Shown here in pieces: positions 37,863 through 47,759 of a DNA stretch of 48,591 bases. The notes below the pieces were generated by a model, which worked only from the letters and a program-made list of their open reading frames with translations, was not told the DNA's origin and did no database searches. Both the position numbers and the translations under genes were made by a program. Within the stretch, counting starts at the first letter, position 1. Each line of letters starts with the position of its first letter. Source of the DNA: a virus; UHGV virus genome UHGV-0185643; one strand, given 5' to 3'.

Positions 37863-38612
37863 TTATTTAACGATCCGGAGATGGCTAACGTTCTTGCGAT
37901 AGCTGCCCCAGTCAAAGTTCACCCACATCCCGCCATCCATCTGGAGGCGATCGATAACCCGCGCACCCAACGCGCCGAGAAGTTCGTCGTGGTTCAGATT
38001 CGTCAGAACGCCAACCGGGCGCATTGATGACAGCCGACGGTCAATAACCTGATTCAGAATGACTTTCTCCCCGTTGCTACCGCGCTGAATACCGACTTCA
38101 TCCAGCACCAGCAGATCGACTTTGCAGAGGTCATCCAAAAGTGAAGCCTCGGATTGACCACCGTCGTAGCACTCGCGAACGCGCAGCATCAGATCAGGGA
38201 TTGTCACCACCAACACAGATTGCCCACCGGACAGGAGATGATTCCCGATTGCCGCTGCCAGATGGTTTTTCCCGGTACCAGGACCGCCACTGAATACAAA
38301 ACTCGCAAAGCCGGCTCCAAAGTTCTGCGCGTAGCTCTTTGCCATGGTATAGGCCTTGCGCTGTTGCTCCCCGGACACTTCGTAGTTGGCGAACGTGCAG
38401 CTGCGGTGCAGGCTTTGAATTCCTGAGCGGCCGAAGATTTTCTCTGTGCGCGCTTTCTGATTCAGCTTGTCCAACTCTTCGCAATGTTTCAGGCCTTCTT
38501 CCCGCTGCCACGCCAGCAGCTCTGCTGCGCTGGTGAACTTCGGCTGAACGCCTGGCGGAATGAGTTTTTTCAGGCGCTCAAGAGCGCTGCCGGAATTAAC
38601 AATGTTTTTCAC
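37863..38612 (-). CDS. DnaC-like replicative helicase loader (IstB-type AAA+ ATPase)
   Basis: Walker A GGPGTGKNHLAAAIG and Walker B LLVLDEVG. Confidence 0.8.
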   Translation of the reverse strand: MKNIVNSGSALERLKKLIPPGVQPKFTSAAELLAWQREEGLKHCEELDKLNQKARTEKIFGRSGIQSLHRSCTFANYEVSGEQQRKAYTMAKSYAQNFGAGFASFVFSGGPGTGKNHLAAAIGNHLLSGGQSVLVVTIPDLMLRVRECYDGGQSEASLLDDLCKVDLLVLDEVGIQRGSNGEKVILNQVIDRRLSSMRPVGVLTNLNHDELLGALGARVIDRLQMDGGMWVNFDWGSYRKNVSHLRIVK

Positions 38613-38614
38613 CG

Positions 38615-39559
38615 TTACCCCCTGAATCCGGTTGGGATGGTTTTATCTGGCTCGGAAATGCGGTTCACATCCCTCCCCGTTTTGCGGTCGTTGAGAGCGA
38701 ACTTCGGTTTGAACAGTCCCTGGTATCCGTTGGCGATACTGGTGTTGATCACATCAACCGGGTCATGCCCTTCGTCCAGGCAAGCCTTGAGCAACTTGAA
38801 AGCTTTGGTGACCGTCATTTCGGTCTTGATGGCTTTGCCAGACTGTTGGCGGTAGGCAACCCACTCATTCCAGGACACAGAATCAAGCCACTCAGGAACG
38901 GGAATCGTCAACGGGTCAAACTTACCCCTCCCCTTTGGGGGATTAGAGGGGGTTAGATCTGTATTTATATTTGTATTTGGAAGAATGTCTTTGGTGTTCC
39001 CTGTTTTCAGGGATACCTCTCCCTGTTTTTGGGGATGGTTATCCCCGTTTTCAGGGATGGTTGAATGGGTAAAATTGCTATCCCTGAATTCGGGGATGGT
39101 AATTACCCATGTAACAACTTCAGCAGCAGGAAACACCGCTGGACACTTCATGCAATTTGGCTTGGTATACGCCCATTTATCCAGGCTGGTATTAATCCCT
39201 ATGTATCTGGTTTGCCCAATGCGGCGCAGGATGATGATGTTCCGATAGGCAAGGCTCAACACGGCCTCAGAGACGTGCTTCACCTTCAGCGTCGTTTTAT
39301 CTGCAATGAGGCTATTGGCGATGCGGTCAGAACTCTTAGACCAGCCATAGGTCAGACGAACGATAGCATTCAGCACCCGAAACTCACGCCCGGATAGTTC
39401 GACGATACACAGGGCATCCTGAATCTGGTTGGCCAGGCGCAAATAGCCTTTCTCCAGATCAGCCATGCTGCTCTCCTGTTTCCCCTGCTGTGTGGGGAAT
39501 TTGAATATTTCAGCGGTATTTGACATACTGTTCCCCGCAATCACTTTCCGTTTTTGCAC
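38615..39559 (-). CDS. Replication initiator (lambda O-like) containing the origin iterons
   Basis: Position upstream of the DnaC-like gene; embedded iterons and AT-rich segment as in the lambda O/ori arrangement. Confidence 0.7.
   Translation of the reverse strand: MQKRKVIAGNSMSNTAEIFKFPTQQGKQESSMADLEKGYLRLANQIQDALCIVELSGREFRVLNAIVRLTYGWSKSSDRIANSLIADKTTLKVKHVSEAVLSLAYRNIIILRRIGQTRYIGINTSLDKWAYTKPNCMKCPAVFPAAEVVTWVITIPEFRDSNFTHSTIPENGDNHPQKQGEVSLKTGNTKDILPNTNINTDLTPSNPPKGRGKFDPLTIPVPEWLDSVSWNEWVAYRQQSGKAIKTEMTVTKAFKLLKACLDEGHDPVDVINTSIANGYQGLFKPKFALNDRKTGRDVNRISEPDKTIPTGFRG
38998..39099. repeat. Origin iterons: four 18-20 bp units each with internal dyad (tCCCTGttttCAGGGa type), followed at 38945-38990 by an AT-rich segment
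   Basis: Units at about 38998-39015, 39020-39038, 39041-39060 and 39079-39099; closely resembles lambda ori iterons (TCCCTCaaaacGAGGGA). Confidence 0.75.
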
Positions 39560-39610
39560 CTGAAGGCCGTTGGTGTTCGAGCACCGCGGCTTTCGCCATT
39601 TTTAAACCCG

Positions 39611-40150
39611 TCATACAACCCCCAGCATCAACTGCACCATCTCCATCAGCGGACCGGTTAAGCCAGGGTCAACGCGGTACATCTCCACGATCCCCTCGCT
39701 CAGCTCTTTCAGCTTCTGATGACGCGGCGCATCCATTGCGACAGCTATCTTCGCTTCGCTGGTTTCCTTCTCCATACGTGCCAGGCGAGCCATGATGTTG
39801 TCTTCTGGCAGCAGGCGGTTGCGGTATTCAATCGGCAGAACTGCGAGGATTGCGGGAGTCAGCTGGCGAACGTTCTCGCGGTACCGCTCGCTGTTGAAAT
39901 GGTTATCGAGGAAGCGGAAAAGCTTCTGGCGCTTTCGGCAGAGATCATCAGGGAAAGTGATGTCGTCACCACCCTGCGCCTGGTACTCTTCGATGATCAG
40001 AGCAGTAACTACGTCCTGACCATCAGCACCAGCCCAGGAGCGAACCGCATCACGAATATCTTCGTGGCTCGGCCCCCTGCGTGCTTGAGCGCGATTTATC
40101 ATTACCCCTTGAGTAATATCGCTATCATTCTGATAAGTAAGTGTCTGCAT
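39611..40150 (-). CDS. YdaT-like regulator (CII functional analogue of Rac-type prophages)
   Basis: Segment RQLTPAILAVLPIEYRNRL resembles Rac YdaT (…IPAILAILPRELRHRL…); position after the Cro-like gene. Confidence 0.55.
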   Translation of the reverse strand: MQTLTYQNDSDITQGVMINRAQARRGPSHEDIRDAVRSWAGADGQDVVTALIIEEYQAQGGDDITFPDDLCRKRQKLFRFLDNHFNSERYRENVRQLTPAILAVLPIEYRNRLLPEDNIMARLARMEKETSEAKIAVAMDAPRHQKLKELSEGIVEMYRVDPGLTGPLMEMVQLMLGVV

Positions 40151-40161
40151 GATTAAGCCTC

Positions 40162-40380
40162 CTAACGTGGCAAACCATCTGTTGGGTTTGGGTAAATATC
40201 ACTACGGACCTCATGCGGAGTGATTTTCCAATCGAGTAAACGGCAAATTGGAAGCACGCGGTGCGCAGGAACCTCGTGGTTTAACCAAAGGCTGACCGCT
40301 TGAGACGTAGTGCCAAGATTTTTCGCTATTTCTGTTTGCGTCATAACCGCACAAACACGTTGTTTAATGGAATTTGTCAT
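40162..40380 (-). CDS. Cro/YdaS-like HTH regulator
   Basis: HTH TQTEIAKNLGTTSQAVSLWLN; divergent from the repressor gene; start trimmed to MTNSIKQ. Confidence 0.65.
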   Translation of the reverse strand: MTNSIKQRVCAVMTQTEIAKNLGTTSQAVSLWLNHEVPAHRVLPICRLLDWKITPHEVRSDIYPNPTDGLPR

Positions 40381-40486
40381 ATGCAACCCTCGGATATTGA
40401 AATTCAAGATTACAACATGAAAAAAATATTTTCAATCCTGAATGAAAATAATCTTTGCAATGCGGAATGAAAGGCTACCTTGTAGA

Positions 40487-40906
40487 ATGGAAGACATGAA
40501 AAAAGCACCCAACGAAGCGTTTGCCTACCGACTTCAGCTCGTCAGAGATGAGTTCGGTTGGAACATGTCAGATATAGCCCGGAGAGCGATGGTTACTCCC
40601 CAGGCAGTGCAGCAATGGGCCAAAGGAGAGTCAGCTCCAAGAGGTGAGCGCTTAAAGCGTCTCGCTGCAGCTGCTGGAAAGCCCGAACATTGGTTTTTCA
40701 TGCCACCAAATACCGAAGGTGAAGATGCTGGGGTGCATGAGCCACCGCGGCAACTGGATGAAAAAGAAATCGCACTGCTTACGTTGTTCAATCAAATGCC
40801 AGAAGCTGAAAAGCTACGTTTGATAGTGCATGCCAAGGCTACCTTGAGAGAGCTTGATCTCCTCAAAGATGATGTGTCTAGCATCATTCAAAGTATTCAG
40901 AAGTAA
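40487..40906 (+). CDS. Prophage repressor, XRE-type HTH, no S24 peptidase domain
   Basis: HTH MSDIARRAMVTPQAVQQWAKGE; about 140 aa; start uncertain (40442, 40487 or 40496). Confidence 0.6.
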   Translation: MEDMKKAPNEAFAYRLQLVRDEFGWNMSDIARRAMVTPQAVQQWAKGESAPRGERLKRLAAAAGKPEHWFFMPPNTEGEDAGVHEPPRQLDEKEIALLTLFNQMPEAEKLRLIVHAKATLRELDLLKDDVSSIIQSIQK

Positions 40907-40923
40907 AATCCCCCCTTCTTTTT

Positions 40924-40949
40924 AATGCAATCAGTCAGTTGATTGCATT
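40924..40949. promoter_or_regulatory. Perfect 10-bp inverted repeat AATGCAATCA-6 nt-TGATTGCATT immediately after the repressor stop (operator or weak terminator candidate)
   Basis: Exact reverse-complement arms read from the sequence. Confidence 0.4.
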
Positions 40950-41099
40950 TTCACGCCATCAATTGAAATTATTATTTTCATTTCGCTTGCATATTGCAAT
41001 TTTCATTTGTATTGTTACTGACATCGACAACAAGCGCATCGTTGTCAGGTTCAAGAAACGTTCCGCCAGCCTGGCGACAAGGGCAAAGAGGGGATTGAG

Positions 41100-41300
41100 A
41101 TGCAAAACAACCACACAATACCAAACAGCGGCCGCGCAGTTGCAATGCGTAACCAGCGCACCGGCGCAGCATGGCTGGTCTCTTTTGATTACCGCGAAAG
41201 CATGTACTGGCACGAACCGCAGGGCAACCTGCGCCACATCCGCCGCCCGTATGCTTCCCGCACCATTGAACCGAATCTGGTTCTGGCTGGTACGCACTGA
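41100..41300 (+). CDS. Hypothetical small protein (66 aa)
   Basis: ORF downstream of the repressor in the early-left operon. Confidence 0.4.
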   Translation: MQNNHTIPNSGRAVAMRNQRTGAAWLVSFDYRESMYWHEPQGNLRHIRRPYASRTIEPNLVLAGTH

Positions 41301-41497
41301 TGAACACTCTTTTCGCGTTAGTGCTGACCATTGGCATGACCAACGGTGATTATCAGGATGTTGTACTGGGTGTTTATGGCGACCAGCAGCAATGTGAGCA
41401 GGCAGCTGTTGAGCAGCAGGTTTCAGGTAGCTGCTACCCAGTTGAAAGGATCATCAGTAGTGAAGAATTACCTGCTCAGGCAGACGTTAAGTTCTGA
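41300..41497 (+). CDS. Hypothetical small protein (65 aa) with hydrophobic N-terminus
   Basis: ORF; N-terminal MNTLFALVLTIGMTNG. Confidence 0.35.
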   Translation: MNTLFALVLTIGMTNGDYQDVVLGVYGDQQQCEQAAVEQQVSGSCYPVERIISSEELPAQADVKF

Positions 41498-41501
41498 GGA
41501 A

Positions 41502-41666
41502 ATGATGATGCAGACCAAATGCGGTTATTGCAACAAGCCGGTTAAACCGGAAGAAGTAATCAAAAGCACCCTTCTCTATCGCAACGGCTCACAGCTGGCA
41601 CGCAAAGAGAAAGAGTATTGTTCCAAACGTTGCGCTTCGCACGACCAGATGGCTCACGAAGGCTAA
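41502..41666 (+). CDS. Small zinc-ribbon protein (54 aa)
   Basis: CGYCNKP ... CSKRCASH cysteine pairs; GAGGA upstream. Confidence 0.45.
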   Translation: MMMQTKCGYCNKPVKPEEVIKSTLLYRNGSQLARKEKEYCSKRCASHDQMAHEG

Positions 41667-41805
41667 CGTAAAACCCGCGCAAGGCGGGATCTACGTCCGG
41701 TGCCACCGACCAAAGTTACACCGGAAACAACATCAAAACCAAAGTTAACCCAATGGGCGCTATCAATGGTCCGGGGATTCTAACACCCAAAAATGAGGAT
41801 CTCAC

Positions 41806-44736
41806 ATGGAATTTCCATATGTAGTTAAAGCCACACAAAAGTCGGGAAAGCCTGATGCTTTTGTCTGGTTCACTGCAAAAACTGAGGCTCGCGCCAACCT
41901 GATGCTGGACGTTGCTCTGGAAGACGCTGGCATCGAAACCGGCCGTGGTAAGGACTACGCCAAGCCTATCCGCACTGACTTCCCAGTTGTTGATGACCTT
42001 CCGGAAGAAGGTGAAGTTGATTTCACCTGGTGTGATCGTTACGAACTGCAGGACGACGGGCGCATCTGGCTGCCAAAGGCCGCTGGCGACGTTGTCACCA
42101 CTATCCCTGCCGATGTAAAAAATACCGATGAAGTAGCGACATCTGACGAGAATGTATCGTTAGAAAACCGCACTCCAGCAGTCCGTTTTGCCTTCCATCT
42201 GATGAGCGATAAATACCAGACTCACGTCACTAAAGAGCAGCAGCTGGCTGCCAGCGAAATGTCACTGGACGAAAGCAATACCTATCTCCAGAACTTGCTG
42301 CAGGTTAAAAATGATGTTCCTGAAATTGGCGAACTCAGTCTGAATGCTGAGTGGAAAATGATTCAGGCGATTAAAGACATCTTCGAACAGGGTGAAGAGC
42401 ATGAACCTGAAGTGATCGCTGCTTTCATGTCTGACTGGGTGAACGCAGAAGCAGGTGATCGCAATCAACTGGTTGAAGACTGGCGCAGTGGAAAGTTTCC
42501 TCTGCTCAAAACTGAAACCACCAGCGTTGGTGATGAAGTCGGTCCCGAAGAACAATCTCAGCAGCCAGAGCAGCCGAACCTGATCGTCGTAGCCACCCTG
42601 CCATTCCGTCAGCGCGTACTGGCTCAGTTCATCGGTAATGGTGAATATCTCTATCACGTCGATGCCGCGCAGAAAAAAGAGATTGTCCGCCTTGAGATGG
42701 ACACTGATGACACGTACATCCAGAACCTGCTGCTGGCTGCTGAGAATGTGGAGGCATTCAAAAAAGCCATTGAGCACGATATTCATAAAGTCGTGAATGC
42801 CGTTAAGAAAGTCTTCCCTGTCGACGGTAAGAAACCGGAGCTGGCAACAGTTATCCAGTTCCTGACGGTGTGGTTCAAAACTGAATACATCGATCGCGGC
42901 CTGCTGGTCAAGGAATGGCAGAAAGGCAATCGTGTAACAACCATTAATCGCACACCTTCAGGTGCGAACGCCGGCGGCGGCATTGTCTCTGACCGAAAAT
43001 TCCCGCAAACCATTCTCGGTCTGGAGCATGAGATTGCTCTGGCGTTACGTGCCCGTGACCGCGAATTTGATATTTACAACGTCCCTCTGGATATAGAACT
43101 ACAGGCAAACTCCATCATGAATAAGATGGACGATCCCGAATGGCTGGCGACTCGAGAGAGATTCGTTTCAATTCCTGGTGGCCTGGACTACTCACGTGCC
43201 TGCATCATCGCAACAGTAAAAACCACACCAGAGGGGCTTTATGCTGATCCTGTAAAACACCAAGAATATTTGAATAGAGTACTTACGGAAACCGACCACG
43301 CCAACCCAGATCCATTGCTCGTTGATATAGCCTGCGGTCGTTCGTCTATGCCTGTACCTATGAAACAGGAAAAAGTAACGGCCGAAGAGGTAAACAAAAT
43401 TCTTGCAGCTTCCCGCGGAGAATATGTCGAGGGGATTAGTGACCCTACAGACCCGAAATGGATCACAGAAGACCTCGCATTAACCGCCCAACAAATAGAT
43501 GACCGTTCACCACTTAATAAGGAAACCACCAGCAATGTGCAGATGGAAGAAACTGTCAGTGATGAAGAGCAGTCAGGCGAAAGCAGTCTGGAAACTGGTG
43601 AAGAGTCACATACCGGCCAGCAAGCCGATGTAAACCAGAATGCGGATTCTGTCGCCCAAAATAGCGATTTTGTAAACCAAACCGAACCGGTTGCGGCACA
43701 AATCAAGCCAGAATCTCATTCTGACGAACCGGCTGTTGTGTACCCTGCTTACTTTGAGCCAGGCCGCTATGAAGGATTGTCGAACGAGGTTTATCACGCA
43801 GCGAACGGTATCAGCTCAACCCAGGTGAAAGACGCACGTGTCAGCCTGATGTTCTATCACGGCCGTCACGTGACCAAGACTATCCGTCGCGAAAGCAGCG
43901 AGGCGCTGACGTTAGGTAGCCTGGCGCACACCCTGGCCCTGGAGCCCGAAAAGCTCCACGAAGAGTTTGCGGTATTCCCAGGTATTCCGGCTGAGGCGTT
44001 TACCACCACCGACTCCATGAAGGCGTTCATTCGAGAATTTAACGCGGATAAGCCAAAGGCCGAGCAACTGAAGCTCACCGGTAAGAAAGAAGAACTTCAG
44101 GCGGCGATACGCGCGGTCAGCCCGGAGGCCATTTTCGCTGATGAATTTGAGCAGCAATGGCGTGATAGCGTTGATGGGAAAACCATCCTGTCCAGAGAAC
44201 AACTGACGCTGGCCACGGCAATTCAGCAAGCCCTACTGAATCATGAATCAGCCGGGAAACTGCTGCGCCATCCTTCCCGTTCAGTGGAAACCAGTTATTT
44301 CGGGATGGACGACGAAACCGGTCTGGAAGTCCGTGTGCGCCCTGACCTTGAGGTTGAAATCAACGGCGTTCGTATCGGTGTTGACCTGAAGACGATCAGC
44401 ATGGGACGCGTTAAGCAAGACGGTTTGCGCGCCAAACTGCACCGGGAAATCATCGACCGCGACTACCACCTCAGCGCTGGCATGTATTGCTCCGTTGCCG
44501 ACTTTGATCAGTTCTTCTGGATCTTCGTCAACAAAGACGAGGGCTACCACTGGGTGGCGGTAATTGAGGCATCGGAAGATTTGCTCGACCTCGGGCTGCT
44601 GGAGTATCAGCGCACCATGCGTGCACTCGCAAATGCGTATGACACCGATTGCTGGTCTGCACCGATAACCGAAGACTACACCGACGAACTGAACGACTTC
44701 GACCTGCGCTGCCTTGAAGCGCTGCGTCTGGCTTAA
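41806..44736 (+). CDS. recE: RecE-like exonuclease VIII (976 aa)
   Basis: Large protein immediately upstream of a RecT-like gene; acidic linker; C-terminal nuclease-like region; GAGGA RBS. Confidence 0.65.
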   Translation: MEFPYVVKATQKSGKPDAFVWFTAKTEARANLMLDVALEDAGIETGRGKDYAKPIRTDFPVVDDLPEEGEVDFTWCDRYELQDDGRIWLPKAAGDVVTTIPADVKNTDEVATSDENVSLENRTPAVRFAFHLMSDKYQTHVTKEQQLAASEMSLDESNTYLQNLLQVKNDVPEIGELSLNAEWKMIQAIKDIFEQGEEHEPEVIAAFMSDWVNAEAGDRNQLVEDWRSGKFPLLKTETTSVGDEVGPEEQSQQPEQPNLIVVATLPFRQRVLAQFIGNGEYLYHVDAAQKKEIVRLEMDTDDTYIQNLLLAAENVEAFKKAIEHDIHKVVNAVKKVFPVDGKKPELATVIQFLTVWFKTEYIDRGLLVKEWQKGNRVTTINRTPSGANAGGGIVSDRKFPQTILGLEHEIALALRARDREFDIYNVPLDIELQANSIMNKMDDPEWLATRERFVSIPGGLDYSRACIIATVKTTPEGLYADPVKHQEYLNRVLTETDHANPDPLLVDIACGRSSMPVPMKQEKVTAEEVNKILAASRGEYVEGISDPTDPKWITEDLALTAQQIDDRSPLNKETTSNVQMEETVSDEEQSGESSLETGEESHTGQQADVNQNADSVAQNSDFVNQTEPVAAQIKPESHSDEPAVVYPAYFEPGRYEGLSNEVYHAANGISSTQVKDARVSLMFYHGRHVTKTIRRESSEALTLGSLAHTLALEPEKLHEEFAVFPGIPAEAFTTTDSMKAFIREFNADKPKAEQLKLTGKKEELQAAIRAVSPEAIFADEFEQQWRDSVDGKTILSREQLTLATAIQQALLNHESAGKLLRHPSRSVETSYFGMDDETGLEVRVRPDLEVEINGVRIGVDLKTISMGRVKQDGLRAKLHREIIDRDYHLSAGMYCSVADFDQFFWIFVNKDEGYHWVAVIEASEDLLDLGLLEYQRTMRALANAYDTDCWSAPITEDYTDELNDFDLRCLEALRLA

Positions 44737-44750
44737 TGGAGGATTTGACC

Positions 44751-45791
44751 ATGCAAAATACCAACATCATTACGACCGAGCAGGCACCAAACACCATTTC
44801 CGCCAGCAACGCTGTGTTCAACGTGCAGGCACTCGGCCAGCTTACCTCTTTTGCTGAATTGATGGCGCAGTCTGTCGTCACCGTCCCCAAACACCTTGCG
44901 GGGAAACCCGCCGACTGTATGGCTATCGTCATGCAGGCTATGCAGTGGGGAATGAACCCATATGCAGTTGCCCAGAAAACACACCTGGTCAACGGTGTGC
45001 TGGGTTACGAAGCGCAGCTGGTTAACGCAGTGATCTCCAGTTCCAGCGCCATTATTGGCCGCTTCCATTACGAGTACGGCGGTGACTGGGAGAAGATCGC
45101 CGGGAAAAAAGACGGTCGTGATGAATTAGGTCTGTTTATCCGGGTTGGCGCCGTACTGCGCGGAGAAGAAGAAATTACCTGGGGCGAGCCAATCTACCTG
45201 GCAGATATCACCATACGTAACTCGCCACTGTGGAAAACAGCGCCGAAGCAGCAGATCGCTTATCTGGCAGTGAAGTACTGGGCTCGCCTGTACTGCCCAG
45301 AAGTCATCCTCGGCGTCTACAGTCCAGATGAAGTTGAGCCACGCACTGAGAAAGAGATTAACCCGGCGCCGCAACGCGTTAGCCTGGCCGATATTTCAGG
45401 TGACACCGTCACAACCACGCAAAGCGCACAGGAATCGTCGGTAAATATCGACTCTCTTGCCGATGATTTCCGCGAACGAATCGATGCCGCTCAGGATGTT
45501 GATAGTGCAAAAGCACTGCGCGCTGATATCGAAAGCGCGAAGGCCACACTCGGATCAGCCCTGTTCACCGAGCTGAAGAATAAGGCAGTGAAACGCTATT
45601 ACCTGGTTGATTCACGTAACAAGGTTGAGGCCGCGATCAACTCCCTGCCGTCTCCGGACGAACCGGATGCAGCTGAACGGTTTGGGGAAGTTGAGCGAGT
45701 TCTTGCAACTGCGAAACGTCATCTGGGCGACGAGCTGCACGATCAGTTCAGCATCACCCTGGCGGATATGAAACCGGAATACGTTGGCTAA
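44751..45791 (+). CDS. recT: RecT-family single-strand annealing recombinase
   Basis: Coupled to the recE stop (TAATG overlap; GGAGG SD before ATG at 44751); RecT-like core. Confidence 0.65.
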   Translation: MQNTNIITTEQAPNTISASNAVFNVQALGQLTSFAELMAQSVVTVPKHLAGKPADCMAIVMQAMQWGMNPYAVAQKTHLVNGVLGYEAQLVNAVISSSSAIIGRFHYEYGGDWEKIAGKKDGRDELGLFIRVGAVLRGEEEITWGEPIYLADITIRNSPLWKTAPKQQIAYLAVKYWARLYCPEVILGVYSPDEVEPRTEKEINPAPQRVSLADISGDTVTTTQSAQESSVNIDSLADDFRERIDAAQDVDSAKALRADIESAKATLGSALFTELKNKAVKRYYLVDSRNKVEAAINSLPSPDEPDAAERFGEVERVLATAKRHLGDELHDQFSITLADMKPEYVG

Positions 45792-45798
45792 CTGGGTT

Positions 45799-45816
45799 GG
45801 GAGGGTTCGCCCTCCC
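45799..45816 (+). other. Stable stem-loop GGGAGGG-TTCG-CCCTCCC after recT, without a U-tract
   Basis: Perfect 7-bp GC-rich stem with UUCG tetraloop. Confidence 0.4.
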
Positions 45817-45830
45817 ACTGAGGAGATGTA

Positions 45831-46073
45831 ATGCGACTAATTAACCGTGCAAATCAGCAATCCCCGTTAGCGCGTCAGGCATGCGACATAGCACTGGCCA
45901 CTCATGCAGAACGTTACGGCGACTATGGCCGCAGCAAGATGAAGGAAACGTACACGGTGAGAGTTGAAGGTGTGAAGGTCTGGGTGGAAGTGGTGAACCG
46001 TAAGGCTAGCTACGTGGCCACAGCAATGACAGGTATGCGTCGTTTGCGCGCGCTGCCGGGTCAGGTTTCTTGA
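45831..46073 (+). CDS. Hypothetical protein (80 aa)
   Basis: ORF with GAGGAG RBS. Confidence 0.45.
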   Translation: MRLINRANQQSPLARQACDIALATHAERYGDYGRSKMKETYTVRVEGVKVWVEVVNRKASYVATAMTGMRRLRALPGQVS

Positions 46074-46118
46074 TATTACTTTTGGAAATGGCCCAGTTCG
46101 GGCCATTGGAGAAAAACG

Positions 46119-46319
46119 ATGGATGATATTTTGCTGACGTCAGACCTGACCAGTCGATACAAAATCTCACGTAAAACCCTTTGGTCATGGCAAAGCACAG
46201 ACACGATGCCGCGGGGTTTTGCGAAGCCGTTCCCCGCCCCGGACTTCCCCGGTAACCCTAACCGCTGGAAGTCGGAGTCAGTCAAAGAGTGGGAAGGTGT
46301 GAAACAGCCAATTAACTGA
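46119..46319 (+). CDS. AlpA-family excisionase / transcriptional regulator
   Basis: Motif [20 protein letters not shown]; adjacent to the integrase gene; GGAGA RBS. Confidence 0.7.
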   Translation: MDDILLTSDLTSRYKISRKTLWSWQSTDTMPRGFAKPFPAPDFPGNPNRWKSESVKEWEGVKQPIN

Positions 46320-47505
46320 ACGGCTCACCGATGATGTTTTCAAGATGGCTCTGCCAAACGTGGAGCCAGTGTTTTTGATCATCGATGTAGTCATGCAGGT
46401 TATAGTGCGCCATCACGCCAACCATTTGGTGACCAAGTAACTTTTCAATCACATGCGGCGGACAGCCAAGTTCTGAAAGATTTGTTGCGATTGTTCTTCT
46501 CATATCATGGAGAGACCAGGGCTCCATGCCGGATTCTGACCAAATATACCTGGCGTAGTTCGAAGCAACTGGCGGATGAACCGGGACGTCTTTAATTTCC
46601 CCATCCAATAAGCGCTGTGAAGTGACTAAATGCTTTGTGTTGATCTTCTCAAGATGATTTTTTACCAGTCCCACCGCAGCATCAGAAAGAGCCCTTCTCA
46701 TGTGCACTCGCGTTTTGTAACTTCCAGCAGGAACTATCCATTCATTTTCATCCAGCTTGAACCATGACCTTTCGCTTAACCGAATCTCTGCCGTCCTACA
46801 GCCGGTCAACATAATAAATTTCACAAGAAACACGGACTCTATGGACATGCGGTTTTGCAGCCACCGATAAATAGCCACCAGCTCACGATCATCCAAGCGC
46901 CGCGTTCTCTTTTTCGGTTTTTGGCCAACGTCAGTGGGTAGCAATCCCTCGAGCGGATTGGTCGATATTACGCCTCGGTTAATACAGAACCTGAATGAGC
47001 GTTTGCACAGCGAAAGCATATAATGAGCCATCACCCTGCTTTCAATCTGATCAAAAACATCTATCCAGTGCCTTTTTGTCGAATTGTCGACTTTGACGTT
47101 TCGCATCGGTTCGGCGATATGCTTGGCAAATACCAACTGATAATAACCTGTCTTTGTCAGTTGATTAGCGATGCAGTGTTTCTCGATCCAATAATTGAAT
47201 GCTTCCGATACGGCCATGGAACCTTCGCGGGTCAATTTCTCCAGCTTTACTTGCTCTCGGGGATCGAGTCCTTCAGTAAGCCAGATTCTGAATTGCTGAC
47301 GCCTTTCCCTTGCCTGAGCAATACTCATTGCTGGATAATCGCCGACATTGAGTTTTACAGCTTTGCCTGCCCATCTGTACCGGTAGAAGAAAGAGACCTT
47401 TCCGGCCAGACTGATTCTTGCGTTGAGTCCGTGAGAATCTGAAATAATTTCGATATCATCGCGTTTCTTGCCAAGGGCCTTCCTGAGCTTTGTGTCAGTG
47501 ATCAT
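46312..47505 (-). CDS. int: Tyrosine integrase (P4/CP4-57-like, N-terminal arm-binding domain)
   Basis: N-terminal [10 protein letters not shown]...FFYRYRW arm-binding-type domain; C-terminal catalytic motifs HDMRRT ... LGHQ ... HY; start trimmed to an internal Met. Confidence 0.85.
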   Translation of the reverse strand: MITDTKLRKALGKKRDDIEIISDSHGLNARISLAGKVSFFYRYRWAGKAVKLNVGDYPAMSIAQARERRQQFRIWLTEGLDPREQVKLEKLTREGSMAVSEAFNYWIEKHCIANQLTKTGYYQLVFAKHIAEPMRNVKVDNSTKRHWIDVFDQIESRVMAHYMLSLCKRSFRFCINRGVISTNPLEGLLPTDVGQKPKKRTRRLDDRELVAIYRWLQNRMSIESVFLVKFIMLTGCRTAEIRLSERSWFKLDENEWIVPAGSYKTRVHMRRALSDAAVGLVKNHLEKINTKHLVTSQRLLDGEIKDVPVHPPVASNYARYIWSESGMEPWSLHDMRRTIATNLSELGCPPHVIEKLLGHQMVGVMAHYNLHDYIDDQKHWLHVWQSHLENIIGEPFS

Positions 47506-47731
47506 TGAATAGGTACACATTTGGCTTTTGAGTACGCAAAAGTGTACACAAAACTCATTGCTCAAAGATACCCACAATGTAACACTTGTACTCGGAGTGT
47601 GATAATTGGAAGGCTGAAAGGCAGGCGGCAGAAGGGTTCAACGTAACAGAACGTTTTTATGCGAAATTCTTCGAAATGGGCTGAATGACAATACAAAAAA
47701 GTATTTTAAAAACAAAACAAAAACAGACATT

Positions 47732-47756
47732 GGGCACCGCCAGCGGTGCCCTTTTG
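47732..47756. terminator. Bidirectional intrinsic terminator (terminates host yciY-like gene)
   Basis: Stem GGGCACCG / CGGTGCCC with T-tracts on both sides. Confidence 0.7.
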
Positions 47757-47759
47757 GGA

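Larger units (their letters stand above)
1063..47600. mobile_element. Lambdoid mosaic prophage (integrase, Rac-like early region, nin region, lysis cassette, head and lambda-like tail modules); right boundary near 47580-47730, left boundary unresolved and possibly beyond the window start
   Basis: Contiguous syntenic phage modules read from the ORF translations; host-like yciY/clsA immediately right of the integrase gene. Confidence 0.85.

Noticed and set aside
38998-39099. Tandem repeats that could be mistaken for a CRISPR array
   Set aside because: Only four units, each an internal dyad, inside the O-like gene and followed by an AT-rich segment; these are origin iterons. No cas genes or spacers are present.
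40907-41099. Search for a LexA box upstream of the small ORFs after the repressor
   Set aside because: No CTGT-N8-ACAG-like site found by eye in this interval; only an unrelated inverted repeat.
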